A stretch of 64,000 bases of DNA, taken from assembly GCA_965237955.1 (NCBI GenBank), contig OZ250169.1, forward strand, positions 4,736,001-4,800,000, written 5' to 3'. This document shows, piece after piece, positions 41,918 to 53,776 of the stretch. Source of the DNA: Candidatus Marinacidobacterales bacterium. GTDB taxonomy: Bacteria > Acidobacteriota > Vicinamibacteria > Marinacidobacterales > SMYC01. Under the pieces are notes generated by a model. The model had not been told where the DNA came from. It made no database searches and was given only the letters and a program-made list of their open reading frames with translations. How positions within the stretch are numbered: position 1 is the stretch's first letter; each line of letters opens with the position of its first letter. Both the position numbers and the translations under genes were made by a program.

Positions 41918-42838
41918 ATCACGACCGCCGGCGCGCCTTCCGCGCCGGGTGTTGGCGTCGGGTTCCTCGATCTTGGTAACCTCGCTCCGGTGAACGGCCC
42001 CCGGCCGACGTTTGGCGGCGTTGAGGCGGGGCCGGTCTCGGCCGTGTCGGACGGAAGTGGTGTCGCACGAGCCCGATACTGGGCGCCGTTCCGCACCGAC
42101 CAGGAGAACGACACGACCGTTCAGATCACTGGCCGTGAAGCCTCTACGAACTTTGCCAATCAGACGTTCAGGAACGTGACCATCTTCTTGCGAGCGGCCA
42201 ACCGCCCGAGTTTCCCCGGCGGCGCCTGCTTCATGATCGAGCCGCTGGACACGGCCTACGCGGTCGGTGATGTGATCAACTTTACGGCCACGCAGGTCAC
42301 CGGCGGCGCCGGACATCCCATCGCCAGATACGAGTGGGATTTTGGTGACGGTAGCGGTCGTGTCGAAGGCCGCAACCAGAGCCATATCTTCACGTCCGCG
42401 GGCGATCCTGACGCGACGGAGCCGAGCAGTTTCACGGTCACTCTCTTCCTGACCGAGTCGGTCTCAGGCGCGCAGACTTCGTGCACGGCGGACGTCGTGG
42501 TGACGACGAGTGGCTCGCCACCGCCGCCAGCCTGTACGGCCCCGACCGCGTCGTTCACCACGAGCGCGATTTGTGCGTCAGGCGACATCCTCGCGGACGA
42601 CGTTCAAGTCACCCGCTTCGATGCAAGCACGTCGACTTCCGGTGACCCGGCCGAAACCATCACGTCGTATAGCTGGTCGTTTGGCGATGGTTCATCCGGT
42701 TCCGGTAGGACTACCACGAATGTTTACCCGTCTACTCTCGTTGGCTTCTCCGCCACGGTTACCCTGACCGTCAGAAACAGCTGTGGCGCGACCGCGACCA
42801 CGGCGACGTCCTTCAGTATGGTTGATCCGTGTCCGTAG
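41915..42838 (+). pseudogene. PKD-domain protein lacking its N-terminus
   Basis: Two PKD repeats (YEWDFGDGS, YSWSFGDGS); frame reads sensibly from ~41915; no signal peptide or RBS. Confidence 0.75.
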
Positions 42839-42866
42839 CCGGCGGTTGATCGAACTGGATGAGGAG

Positions 42867-42892
42867 GGCGGGCGACAATAGTCGCCCGCCCT
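42867..42892 (+). terminator. GC-rich hairpin, possible terminator
   Basis: GGCGGGCGAC-AATA-GTCGCCCGCC, weak U tail. Confidence 0.4.
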
Positions 42893-42914
42893 TGAGGTTT
42901 CTCCCCTTAGACGA

Positions 42915-44216
42915 ATGAGCCGCATCGAAGAGCTCGAAAAAAGACTCGCCGCCGACCCGAGCTCCCGGATCTTCGTTCAGCTCGCCGAGGAGTATCGAAA
43001 GCAAGGCCTCCTTGAAAACGCCATTGAAATCTGCGAAGGGGGTCTGAAGAAACACCCTCAATATCCTTCGGCTCGCGTCGCCCTGGGCCGGGCGCTTCTG
43101 GAAGCCGAGACCTTCGACCGCGCGCGCGAGGAGTTCGAAGCGGTTCTCGCGCAGGTTCCGGACAACATTCTCGCCAACAAGTTCTTGGGCGAGACCTATC
43201 ATCGTCTCGGCCGATACGACGAGGCGATCCAGAAGTATCAGATTGCGCAGACCCTGGCGCCCGAGGACGCCGAGCTCGACGGGAAGATCGAGGCCGTGAA
43301 GGCGGAGAAGGCGGGGGGAGGACCCCCACCGCCGCCTGCCGAGCCAGGAGACGATACCGCGGCGGCGGATCCCCGAGAATACACCTCGTCACCGCCGGGA
43401 GTTCCGAGCGGGGCCGCGCCCGCGGGGACGGACCCACCGCTAGAGGCGACGCTCGTCGACGCGCGGGCCGCGGTTCCTGAAGCGAGCCAAGCTCCTCCGC
43501 CGATGCCCGCTGAGCCTGATATGCCACAGGGGCCACCTCCTCCCGCGGTGCCAGAGGCGGCCGCCGCTACCCCGCCTCCTGCACCCACGGAAGAAGAGCC
43601 CCCGCCGGCGCCGGATGAGTCAGCCGAGCTAGCTCCGATTCCGCTGGTCGACGTCGATGAGCCGATGGTTCTCGAGCCGGCATCGGAATCCTATGCGCGC
43701 GCCAGCGAGCCGTTTGCGGACGAGCCTCCCCCCGAGCCGGTGCCTCTCGTCTCACCGACGGAACCGCCCCCGATGGAGCCCGCAGCTTTCGAGCCGCCGC
43801 CACTGGCGCCGGAGGCGGTGCCGCTGGAAGAACCGCTACCGGTCGTCGAGCCAATGCCGGTAGAACCGCTTCCAGTGGAGCCGGCGGCACCTTCAGAGCA
43901 CGGGGCAGAACCACCTCTTTCGAGTGACGATATCGAGACACCCACGATGGCCGAGCTCTACGCGTCTCAGGGGCACTTCGACAAAGCCGTGTTCGTCTAC
44001 AGAAACCTTCTTACGCGCGACCCAAATGAGACACAATATCTCGAACGGATTGAAGAGCTGGAAATGCTTGCGAACGCGTCTGCCGATTCCGCCACTGCGG
44101 CGCCCGCCGCCACCGTGGAAGCTCGAGGCGATGGGCTGTCGGAGTCGAAAAGACAGCAAACGATGGAAGTCTTGGAGCAGTGGCTCGACGGCATTCGCCG
44201 GTCGCGGGGGGCTTGA
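42915..44216 (+). CDS. TPR protein with Pro/Glu-rich linker
   Basis: DPSSRIFVQLAEEYRK TPRs; C-terminal TPTMAELYASQGHFDKA. Confidence 0.82.
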   Translation: MSRIEELEKRLAADPSSRIFVQLAEEYRKQGLLENAIEICEGGLKKHPQYPSARVALGRALLEAETFDRAREEFEAVLAQVPDNILANKFLGETYHRLGRYDEAIQKYQIAQTLAPEDAELDGKIEAVKAEKAGGGPPPPPAEPGDDTAAADPREYTSSPPGVPSGAAPAGTDPPLEATLVDARAAVPEASQAPPPMPAEPDMPQGPPPPAVPEAAAATPPPAPTEEEPPPAPDESAELAPIPLVDVDEPMVLEPASESYARASEPFADEPPPEPVPLVSPTEPPPMEPAAFEPPPLAPEAVPLEEPLPVVEPMPVEPLPVEPAAPSEHGAEPPLSSDDIETPTMAELYASQGHFDKAVFVYRNLLTRDPNETQYLERIEELEMLANASADSATAAPAATVEARGDGLSESKRQQTMEVLEQWLDGIRRSRGA

Positions 44217-44588
44217 TTGGTCTTTACCGAGGTCCTGAAAGACGTGTCTTCCAAGATCGAGGGGTGTATCGGGCTCGTCGTCATGGGAATGGACGGCATT
44301 CCCATCGACCGCTACATTCCCGAGGCGCCGGCAGATGGAACCCCCAACTTCGATATGCTCGCGACCGAGAGCACGACGCTGCTCCGCGCCACGCGTCAGG
44401 CCTCTGAAGAGGTCAGCGCCGGTCTCCTTCGCGAGTTGATCTTCATGACCGATCAAGTGGTCGTGCTTTCCGTCGCGATTACGGAGGAGTACGTTCTCTT
44501 TGGTGCGGTCAAGAGCGGAACGAACTACGGAAAAGCTCGGTTTCTCATGAAACGGGCCGCGCTAGCGTTAGAGAAGGAATTTCTCTAG
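44217..44588 (+). CDS. Roadblock/LC7 protein (MglB/MglC-like)
   Basis: GLVVMGMDGIPID..NYGKARFLMK; size and pattern of the roadblock fold. Confidence 0.82.
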   Translation: MVFTEVLKDVSSKIEGCIGLVVMGMDGIPIDRYIPEAPADGTPNFDMLATESTTLLRATRQASEEVSAGLLRELIFMTDQVVVLSVAITEEYVLFGAVKSGTNYGKARFLMKRAALALEKEFL

Positions 44589-44697
44589 ACTCGGCCATCA
44601 GCCATCAGCCATCCGCCATCCGCCATCCGCAGGGTGGAGTGTGGTCACCGGCTTGTGCTAGATTGTTGTGTTTACGACTTACGGAGAAACTTCAACT

Positions 44698-45147
44698 GTG
44701 AATCTTGCTGAACTTAAGGAGCTGTTCGAGCTCATCGCGGAGCGGAACATCACGGAGTTCGAGCTCGAAGAAGAGGGTGTAAAGCTCCGTATCAAAAAAG
44801 ACGGCGGCAACGTTAGAATCGTCGAGCCCGCTATCGTCGGCGCCATCGAGTCTCCACCAGACGCGGCCGCCCCGGGCCCCCTAGGTGAAGACCAAAGCCT
44901 CGACGGACTCTCAATCGTCCAAGCCCCGATGGTGGGTACCTTTTATCGACAGCCCGAGCCCGGAGCCGAGCCTTTCGCCGGCAAGGGACAGCAAGTCAAA
45001 AAGGGACAGATACTCTGCATCATCGAAGCGATGAAGCTCATGAACGAGATCGAGTCAGAGCTCTCCGGAGAGCTGGTCGAGGTATTCGTCGAGGATGGGC
45101 ACAGTGTGCAATACGGCGACAAGCTCTTCGCGATCCGGGAGATGTAG
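44698..45147 (+). CDS. accB: Biotin carboxyl carrier protein
   Basis: APMVGTFY, EAMKLMNEI. Confidence 0.97.
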   Translation: MNLAELKELFELIAERNITEFELEEEGVKLRIKKDGGNVRIVEPAIVGAIESPPDAAAPGPLGEDQSLDGLSIVQAPMVGTFYRQPEPGAEPFAGKGQQVKKGQILCIIEAMKLMNEIESELSGELVEVFVEDGHSVQYGDKLFAIREM

Positions 45148-45198
45148 CGAGCTCCTCAGCGTTCAACGCGCGTCTTGCCTTCCACCGGGCCCCCCACG

Positions 45199-46533
45199 AT
45201 GTTCAAGAAAGTTCTGATCGCCAACCGCGGGGAGATCGCTCTTCGCATCATCTCCGCGTGTCAGGAGATGGGGCTCAAAACGGTGGCCGTCTACTCGGAG
45301 CCGGATGCCCACTCGCTCCACGTCCGCTTTGCCGATGAAGAAGTGTGCATCGGACCCGCGAGAAGCGCTGACAGCTACCTCAATATCCCAAGCATCCTCT
45401 CCGCTGCCGAGATCACGGGGGCGGACGCGATTCATCCTGGTTACGGGTTCCTCGCCGAAAGCGCACATTTCGCGGAAGTATCGGAAGCGTGCCGTGTCCG
45501 TTTCATCGGACCGTCGCCAAGGGCGATACGCATAATGGGCGACAAGGCCCTCGCTCGCGCCACGATGAAAAAGGCAAAGGTGCCGGTTCTCCCCGGCTCC
45601 GAGGGCGTTGTCGATGGAGCCGACGAAGCCGAAGCGATCGCAAAAAGGATCGGGTTTCCGGTGATGCTCAAGGCTGCCGCCGGCGGTGGCGGCAAGGGCA
45701 TGCGCATCGTAGAGAGCGAGGCCGATGTCGGCAAGGCCTTCTTGGCTGCCCGGAAAGAAGCGATCGCCGCTTTCGCCTCCGACGAAATCTATATCGAGAA
45801 GTTTCTCCCTAACTCGCGCCACATCGAGATCCAAGTGATGGCGGATCAGAAAGGCACGATCTTGCACCTGGGGGAGCGCGAGTGCTCGATCCAAAGGCGC
45901 CACCAGAAAGTGCTGGAAGAGGCGCCGTCGCCTGCCGTCTCGGACAAGTTGAGGGAGAAAATGGGCCGGGTTGCGGTTCAGGCGGCGGAGGCGGTCGACT
46001 ACGAGGGCGCCGGTACCGTGGAGTTCTTGTTGGACGAGCAGGGTCGTTTCTATTTCATGGAAATGAACACTCGCATCCAAGTCGAACACCCGGTTACCGA
46101 GATGGTTACAGGGATGGATTTGGTCAAGGACCAAATCCGTGTGGCTCGAGGCGAGCCGTTGGGCTACCGTCAGAAGGACATCGCGGTGCGCGGTGCGAGC
46201 ATCGAATGCCGCATCAATGCCGAGGACCCGACTACCTTTGTTCCGTCGCCGGGAACGATCCATTCCTTCCATATTCCCGGCGGACCCGGCGTTCGCGTCG
46301 ATACCGCGGCGCACGCGGAGTGCGAGGTCCATCCTTACTACGATTCCCTGATTGCGAAGCTCGTCGTCCATGGCCGCGACCGGCCCGAGGCGATCGAGCG
46401 CATGCGCCGGTGTTTGCGCTTGATGGTCATCGAAGGCGTGAAGACGACGATCTCGTTGCATCAGCGTATCCTCGATGAACCGGATTTCCGCGCCGGGCGC
46501 TACACCACGCGGTTTCTCGAGAACCTTGTCTAG
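45199..46533 (+). CDS. accC: Biotin carboxylase
   Basis: [39 protein letters not shown]. Confidence 0.98.
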   Translation: MFKKVLIANRGEIALRIISACQEMGLKTVAVYSEPDAHSLHVRFADEEVCIGPARSADSYLNIPSILSAAEITGADAIHPGYGFLAESAHFAEVSEACRVRFIGPSPRAIRIMGDKALARATMKKAKVPVLPGSEGVVDGADEAEAIAKRIGFPVMLKAAAGGGGKGMRIVESEADVGKAFLAARKEAIAAFASDEIYIEKFLPNSRHIEIQVMADQKGTILHLGERECSIQRRHQKVLEEAPSPAVSDKLREKMGRVAVQAAEAVDYEGAGTVEFLLDEQGRFYFMEMNTRIQVEHPVTEMVTGMDLVKDQIRVARGEPLGYRQKDIAVRGASIECRINAEDPTTFVPSPGTIHSFHIPGGPGVRVDTAAHAECEVHPYYDSLIAKLVVHGRDRPEAIERMRRCLRLMVIEGVKTTISLHQRILDEPDFRAGRYTTRFLENLV

Positions 46534-46545
46534 ACGGGAGGTAGA

Positions 46546-47463
46546 GTGACCGCAAGACTACTGGATGGTAAACGCGTGGCGCAGGAAATCCGCGACGAGG
46601 TCAAAGAGAACGCGAAGCCACTCATTGCCAAGGGCGTAGTACCAGGGTTGGCCGCCGTACTCGTCGGTGCCGATCCGGCGTCGAAGCTCTACGTCGGCAG
46701 CAAGACCGAAGCTAGCGCCGAGGCTGGGCTTCACTCGGAAGCAGTCATGTTGCCGGACGCAACCACTCGGGAGGAGCTGGGAGCGAAGCTCGACGAGCTC
46801 AACGAACGAGACGACATCGATGCGATTTTGTTGCAGCTCCCGTTACCTGACCATCTCGACGCGGAGGAGTTTCTCGATCGGATAAGCCCCGCGAAAGACG
46901 TCGATGGCTTTCATCCCGTCAGCGTGGGGAAGCTCGTTCAGAAACGGCCGGGCCCGAGGCCGTGCACCCCGGCAGGCATCATGGAGATGCTTCGCCGTGA
47001 GAACATCGACGTCGAGGGCAAACGCGCTGTTGTCGTAGGACGCAGCGACATCGTGGGAAAGCCGATGGCGATGTTGCTCACGCACGCCAACGCGACCGTC
47101 ACCGTTTGCCACTCGCGCACGAAAGACCTTCCCGCGGTCGCGCGGGAAGGCGAGATCCTCGTCGCTGCCATGGGCCGGCCCGCCATGATCCGGAAAGAGT
47201 TCATTCGAGAAGGCGCGGTCGTCGTCGATGTCGGGATGAATCGCGCGGAAACGCTGGAGCAGGTCAAGGACTTTTTCGGCGACGACGAAAAGCGTCTTCG
47301 GACGTTCGAGAAACGTGGCTCGACCCTCGTGGGCGATGTGCATCCCAAGGATGCGATGGAAGTCGCATCGGCGTTTACGCCGGTACCCGGAGGCGTGGGC
47401 CCTCTGACGATCGCCATGCTGCTTTCGAACACCCTCGACCTCGCCAAGGCGCGACGCGGATAA
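46546..47463 (+). CDS. folD: Methylene-THF dehydrogenase/cyclohydrolase
   Basis: KDVDGFHP, PCTPAG, GRSDIVGKP, TPVPGGVGPLT. Confidence 0.98.
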   Translation: MTARLLDGKRVAQEIRDEVKENAKPLIAKGVVPGLAAVLVGADPASKLYVGSKTEASAEAGLHSEAVMLPDATTREELGAKLDELNERDDIDAILLQLPLPDHLDAEEFLDRISPAKDVDGFHPVSVGKLVQKRPGPRPCTPAGIMEMLRRENIDVEGKRAVVVGRSDIVGKPMAMLLTHANATVTVCHSRTKDLPAVAREGEILVAAMGRPAMIRKEFIREGAVVVDVGMNRAETLEQVKDFFGDDEKRLRTFEKRGSTLVGDVHPKDAMEVASAFTPVPGGVGPLTIAMLLSNTLDLAKARRG

Positions 47464-47468
47464 GAACC

Positions 47469-48083
47469 GTGCTCGCGGTCGGGCTCACCGGAGGTATCGC
47501 CTGCGGGAAAACCGTCATCCGGCGCCGGTTCGACGCCCGCGGCGTGCCGACGCTCGACGCCGACCGCGTTGTGCATGGTTTGTTCGCACCCGGGACTGAC
47601 GTGACCAAGGACGTCCGTGAGCGCTTCGGCGCGAACGTGCTGAAAGCGGACGGCTCCGTCGATCGAAAAGCACTTGGCGCAGTCGTGTTCCGAGACGCGG
47701 TTGAACGCGAAAGCCTCGAAGCGATCGTCCACCCGAGGGTATTCGAGGCGATCGAGACGTTCTTCGATGACGCACGCAAAACAAGCGCCGACGTCGCCGT
47801 CGTCGACGCGGCGTTGATGTACGAGACAGGCTCGTGCGAGAGATACGACCGAGTCGTCGTCGCTTACTGTCCGAGCGAAATGCAGCAACAACGGCTGATG
47901 ACGCGAGACGGCTTGTCTCGAGAACAAGCCCAACGCCGTATCGCCGCGCAGATGCCCGTCGAAGAAAAACGCGACCGCGCCGACTACGTCATCGACACTA
48001 CCGGCACCATGGAGCAGACGCTGCAGCAAACCGATACGGTACTCGAGCAACTAAAGGCTGAGGCGAAAGAGGCTGATGGCTGA
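47469..48083 (+). CDS. coaE: Dephospho-CoA kinase
   Basis: VGLTGGIACGKT, LEAIVHP, RIAAQMP. Confidence 0.96.
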   Translation: MLAVGLTGGIACGKTVIRRRFDARGVPTLDADRVVHGLFAPGTDVTKDVRERFGANVLKADGSVDRKALGAVVFRDAVERESLEAIVHPRVFEAIETFFDDARKTSADVAVVDAALMYETGSCERYDRVVVAYCPSEMQQQRLMTRDGLSREQAQRRIAAQMPVEEKRDRADYVIDTTGTMEQTLQQTDTVLEQLKAEAKEADG

Positions 48084-48101
48084 TGGCCGACGGCCGATGG
48101 C

Positions 48102-49289
48102 CTATCGATCTACCGTCTCCACCCGCTCTTCCACAAACGTATTCCACTCCTGGCAATGGGGGCACCGCCATAGGATGCCGTTCGCGCGATAGTTGCATTT
48201 CATGCAGATGTACGGGTCGAGGAAGAACGCAGACTGTGCGACTTCGTCCAAGTAGGTTTGCACTCGAGCCGGGCGCTCGTTCATCGAGACGAGCGCCCGC
48301 CACACCTCGAGGTGCACCGCGAGCGCATGGGGGTTGGTGTGCACCGCGTCCATCAGCAAGCTGAAAGCGTCGTCGGTCTCACCTCGTTTCATCTCGACTC
48401 GGGCGAGAGCGAGGTGCGCTCGCCAGTCGTTGTCGTCTTCGTCGATGACGCGCTTGAAAAGCGATGCCATCGTCTCGCTGCGGCCGAGTCTTTCCCGTAC
48501 CCGTTGCAGCCGGTCGAATACGAGGTACGCGAGGCGCGGGTTGTCGGAAGCCAGTGCGAGCCACTTCTTTTCCGCTTCTTCGAGTCGTCCCTGGCTCTCG
48601 AGCATGTCTCCGTAATGGAGATGCGGAGCGGATACGTGCGGGTCGGTGCGGATGGCGTCGTCGAACGCGCGCTCCGCCGACGGTCCTTCTTCCGCTTGAG
48701 CGGCCGCCTGACCGATCTGGTCGTAGAGGAACGCCTTGAGCGTCGTGTCCAGCTCTCCGGTATCCTGGAACAACTTCTCCTGCGTCGCGAGCGCCCGCTC
48801 CCAGTCCTGTTCGGCCTCGTAAATCTTGATGAGGTTCGATAACGCGTAGGCATTGTCGGGCTCGAGCTCTATCACCTCTTGGAACGTATCCATGGCGCGG
48901 TTGCGAAAGCCCGCGCGTTTGAAATCCATACCGAGGCACAAGAGCGCGTGTGCGCGCTCGTCTCCGGAGAGCCCGGGGCGATGGAGAATGCTCTGGTGAA
49001 TTTGGATAGCGCGCTCGAGCTGCCCTTTTTCTCGAAGCAAGTTGCCGAGGATGAGATAGATCTCGATGGCATCGGTATTCTTGCGCGCGGCGATGGTGAG
49101 CTCCGAGACGGCGCGGTCTATTTGGCGGGAAGCGAGAAAGTCGAGGCCGAGAATGAAGTGGATGGAGGACGCGTCCTTCCGGCGATCCGCTCGATGGGAG
49201 GCGCGCGCGCTCGCCCAAAAGCGACCGAGCGCGACACCGGCCACGAACGCAAGCAAGAGTACGAGGAGGGTCTGCTCCTCGACGTCCAT
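48102..49289 (-). CDS. lapB: LPS assembly protein B (TPR + rubredoxin)
   Basis: N-terminal TM, LGNLLREKGQLERAIQIHQ, C-terminal CMKC..WRCPHCQEW. Confidence 0.92.
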   Translation of the reverse strand: MDVEEQTLLVLLLAFVAGVALGRFWASARASHRADRRKDASSIHFILGLDFLASRQIDRAVSELTIAARKNTDAIEIYLILGNLLREKGQLERAIQIHQSILHRPGLSGDERAHALLCLGMDFKRAGFRNRAMDTFQEVIELEPDNAYALSNLIKIYEAEQDWERALATQEKLFQDTGELDTTLKAFLYDQIGQAAAQAEEGPSAERAFDDAIRTDPHVSAPHLHYGDMLESQGRLEEAEKKWLALASDNPRLAYLVFDRLQRVRERLGRSETMASLFKRVIDEDDNDWRAHLALARVEMKRGETDDAFSLLMDAVHTNPHALAVHLEVWRALVSMNERPARVQTYLDEVAQSAFFLDPYICMKCNYRANGILWRCPHCQEWNTFVEERVETVDR

Positions 49290-49294
49290 ACGGC

Positions 49295-49693
49295 CTAGCT
49301 ACCGGCTTTGGAGCCCACTGAACCGATTTCGCCGACTGAGCCGATTTCGCCGATCGAGGATGACGAGCCGAGATTGTCCGAGCTCGACTCGGACACGTCC
49401 GTCAGCGGGAGCTTTCTAAGCTCGGCGATCTCGTTCTCGAGATGCTCGAGTTTCCGCCGCAACTCGCGGACACGTCCGCGCAAGCGAAACTGGTTGGGGA
49501 GCGACAACGCGACCGCAAGCAGGAACCCGCCGGCAAGGGCTGTGACGAGGGCTGCAGAGAGCGATATCGGCACGGTTTCGAACGGGGCAAACTCAGTAAA
49601 GGAGATGACCACTTTCTGGTCGTAGTTGGAGAAGAGAAAGATAGCGAGGACGGCCCCGATTAGAAGCCAAATAATGGAACGAATGATTCCCAC
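49295..49693 (-). CDS. lapA: LPS assembly protein A-like
   Basis: Two TM helices plus coiled coil, directly upstream of lapB. Confidence 0.78.
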   Translation of the reverse strand: MGIIRSIIWLLIGAVLAIFLFSNYDQKVVISFTEFAPFETVPISLSAALVTALAGGFLLAVALSLPNQFRLRGRVRELRRKLEHLENEIAELRKLPLTDVSESSSDNLGSSSSIGEIGSVGEIGSVGSKAGS

Positions 49694-49697
49694 GGCT

Positions 49698-50231
49698 TTA
49701 CCTCAAGTAGCTTCGAATGAGATCGTCGAGTTTGCCCTGACTGGAGAGGATCAGCTCGACGAGCTCGCGCACGGCCCCGTAGCCGCCACGCGCTCGCGTT
49801 ACATAGTCTACACGGGATCGCACGTCAAGAGGTGCGTCTTCGACCGTGGCCGACAGACCGGCGCGCGTGAGAATCGCGAGGTCGGGAAGATCATCGCCCA
49901 TGTAGGCAAGCTCGGAGAGCTCGCACGACTCCTGCGCCAAGCACTCGTCGAGGGCGGCAAGCTTGTTGGTGACCCCGAGGCGTACGAAGTGCATGCGGAG
50001 CTCGTCAGCCCGGGCTTCGACGATCGTGGACCGACGGCCCGAAATCAGACCGAGCTTCAGTCCCGCCTCGCGCGCGAGAACGAGGCCAATGCCATCACGG
50101 GAGTGGAAGCGCTTCGACTCGCTCCCGTCCCCAGGTACGCCAGGTACAAACGACCCGTCGGTGAGAACTCCGTCGACGTCGAGCAGTAGCATCTTGATGT
50201 TGCGTGCTTTGGATCGAAGCTCGTTGTCCAT
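49698..50231 (-). CDS. kdsC: KDO 8-phosphate phosphatase
   Basis: DVDGVLTDG, RDGIG, YMGDDLPD, GGYGAVRE. Confidence 0.95.
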   Translation of the reverse strand: MDNELRSKARNIKMLLLDVDGVLTDGSFVPGVPGDGSESKRFHSRDGIGLVLAREAGLKLGLISGRRSTIVEARADELRMHFVRLGVTNKLAALDECLAQESCELSELAYMGDDLPDLAILTRAGLSATVEDAPLDVRSRVDYVTRARGGYGAVRELVELILSSQGKLDDLIRSYLR

Positions 50232-50233
50232 AT

Positions 50234-51193
50234 CTAGAAGTACTTCCCAATCCTCCATAGATCGTGGAGATGTAGAACACCGACCAGCGTTCCGCCCTCG
50301 TCAGGTACGAGCAGTGCCGTGATCCTTTTTTGTTCCATCAAGGCCAGCGCTGCCGTTGCTGCTTCGCTCGGGGAGACCATGACTGGATCGCTCGTCATGC
50401 ATTCCTCGGCGCTCTTCGCGAGGAGCTCATCATCTTTTTGCAGCTGCCGTCTCAAGTCGCCGTCGGAGATAACGCCGAGGAGTTGACCGGCTTCGTCGAC
50501 CACACTGGTCATGCCGAGACCTTTTTGTGAAATCTCGGACACGACGTCGCGCATCGAGGTGGTTCTGCCAACGCGAGGAATTTCGTCGCCGGTGTGCATG
50601 ACCTCCTCGACGCGCAGGAGCTTGAATCCCAGCTGGCCTTTTGGGTGCAGCGTTTTGAAATCGTCCTCGGTGAAGCCTTTTTTCTCCAACACCGCCATCG
50701 CGAGCGCGTCTCCTAGCGCGAGCGAGGCGGTCGTGCTGGCGGTGGGGGCGAGGCCCATCGGACACGCCTCTTCCGCCACCGACACATTGAGTACGATGTC
50801 GGCCGCCGCGGCGAGCTCCGATCCGGTATCGCCGAGAAACGCAATCAACGGTACCGACAATCGCTTGATGGGCTCGAGAAGCGCCAAGAGCTCTCGAGTC
50901 CTCCCGCTGTTCGATATGGCGATGACGACATCCCCGGAAACGATCATTCCTAAATCTCCGTGGACGGCTTCGGCGGGGCTCAGGTACAGAGAGGGCGTGC
51001 CGGTGCTCGCGAGGGTGGCCGCAACCTTCCGGCACACGATCCCGGACTTTCCCATCCCGGTGACCACGACCCGCCCTTCGCAGTCGTTGACCAGCGTCAC
51101 CGCGCGCTCGAAGTTCTCGTCGAGGCGCTCGACGAGTCGAGCGATCGCTTCGGCTTCGATCTCGAGAACGCGCCGTGCGAGCGGAAGCGTCAT
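50234..51193 (-). CDS. kdsD: Arabinose-5-phosphate isomerase (KpsF/GutQ)
   Basis: GMGKSG, HGDLG, EACPMGLAPTAST, CBS pair. Confidence 0.95.
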   Translation of the reverse strand: MTLPLARRVLEIEAEAIARLVERLDENFERAVTLVNDCEGRVVVTGMGKSGIVCRKVAATLASTGTPSLYLSPAEAVHGDLGMIVSGDVVIAISNSGRTRELLALLEPIKRLSVPLIAFLGDTGSELAAAADIVLNVSVAEEACPMGLAPTASTTASLALGDALAMAVLEKKGFTEDDFKTLHPKGQLGFKLLRVEEVMHTGDEIPRVGRTTSMRDVVSEISQKGLGMTSVVDEAGQLLGVISDGDLRRQLQKDDELLAKSAEECMTSDPVMVSPSEAATAALALMEQKRITALLVPDEGGTLVGVLHLHDLWRIGKYF

Positions 51194-52041
51194 CGTTCAT
51201 CCCGAGAGCTCGAGACCGCGCGCTCGATGGCGACGAGCCGCTCGAGAATCCCAGGCAGTTCTGAGAGCGGGCAGGCGTTGGGCCCGTCGGAAGCGGCGTG
51301 TTCGGGGTCGTCGTGCACTTCCATGAAGAGCGCGTCCACTCCGCAGGCGACGCCGGCCGACGCTAGCTCGCCGATGTATCGGGACAGCCCTCCCGACGAT
51401 TTTCCCGCGCCACCGGGAAGCTGCAAGCTGTGGGTGACGTCGAATACGAGCGGTGTGCCGCTCTCGCGCATGATGGGGAAGCCGCGCATGTCGACGACGA
51501 GGTTGTTGTACCCGAACGTCGTGCCTCGTTCCGTCACCAGGACGTTCGGATTCCCCGTGCTCCGGGCTTTCTCGGCGGCGTGGGCGATGTCCCACGGAGC
51601 GAGGAACTGGCCCTTCTTAATATTGATGGCCTTTCCGGTCTCGGCCGCGCGGAGGATGAGGTCCGTTTGCCGGCAAAGAAACGCCGGAATCTGGAGAAGA
51701 TCGACGGCCTCGGAAACGGGCTCGGCTTGTCCTAGCTCGTGAACGTCGGTGGTGACCGGTACTCCGAAACGCTCGCCCACGCCCTTCAGGATGGCGAGCC
51801 CTTCCTCCATGCCCGGGCCGCGAAAGGAGTCGAGGGCAGTGCGATTGGCTTTGTCGAACGATGCCTTGAAGATGTAAGGAACGCCCAAGTCTCTAGTGAT
51901 GGCCTGGATCTTCTCCGCCATGAAGAACGGGTGCTCGTCGTTCTCGATGACGCACGGTCCGGCGATGAGAGCGAAGCGGCGAGAGCCGCCGATTTCGAGA
52001 GATCTGACCTTGACGGTTCGAGTGCGAATCGAGCTCGGCAT
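51190..52041 (-). CDS. kdsA: KDO 8-phosphate synthase
   Basis: AGPCVIE, KASFDKANRT, QIPAFLCRQT, FDVTHS. Confidence 0.98.
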   Translation of the reverse strand: MPSSIRTRTVKVRSLEIGGSRRFALIAGPCVIENDEHPFFMAEKIQAITRDLGVPYIFKASFDKANRTALDSFRGPGMEEGLAILKGVGERFGVPVTTDVHELGQAEPVSEAVDLLQIPAFLCRQTDLILRAAETGKAINIKKGQFLAPWDIAHAAEKARSTGNPNVLVTERGTTFGYNNLVVDMRGFPIMRESGTPLVFDVTHSLQLPGGAGKSSGGLSRYIGELASAGVACGVDALFMEVHDDPEHAASDGPNACPLSELPGILERLVAIERAVSSSRDER

Positions 52042-53748
<1,707 letters not shown>

Positions 53749-53776
53749 CTAAGATTCTCGATTCGCGATCATCTGC

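Noticed and set aside
45163-46461. 432-aa - strand ORF and many similar antisense ORFs
   Set aside because: Typical high-GC shadow frames opposite well-supported genes.
49314-49360. Short in-frame repeats in the lapA tail (also in kdsB and the TPR linker)
   Set aside because: Small slippage expansions in disordered regions; no frame effect.
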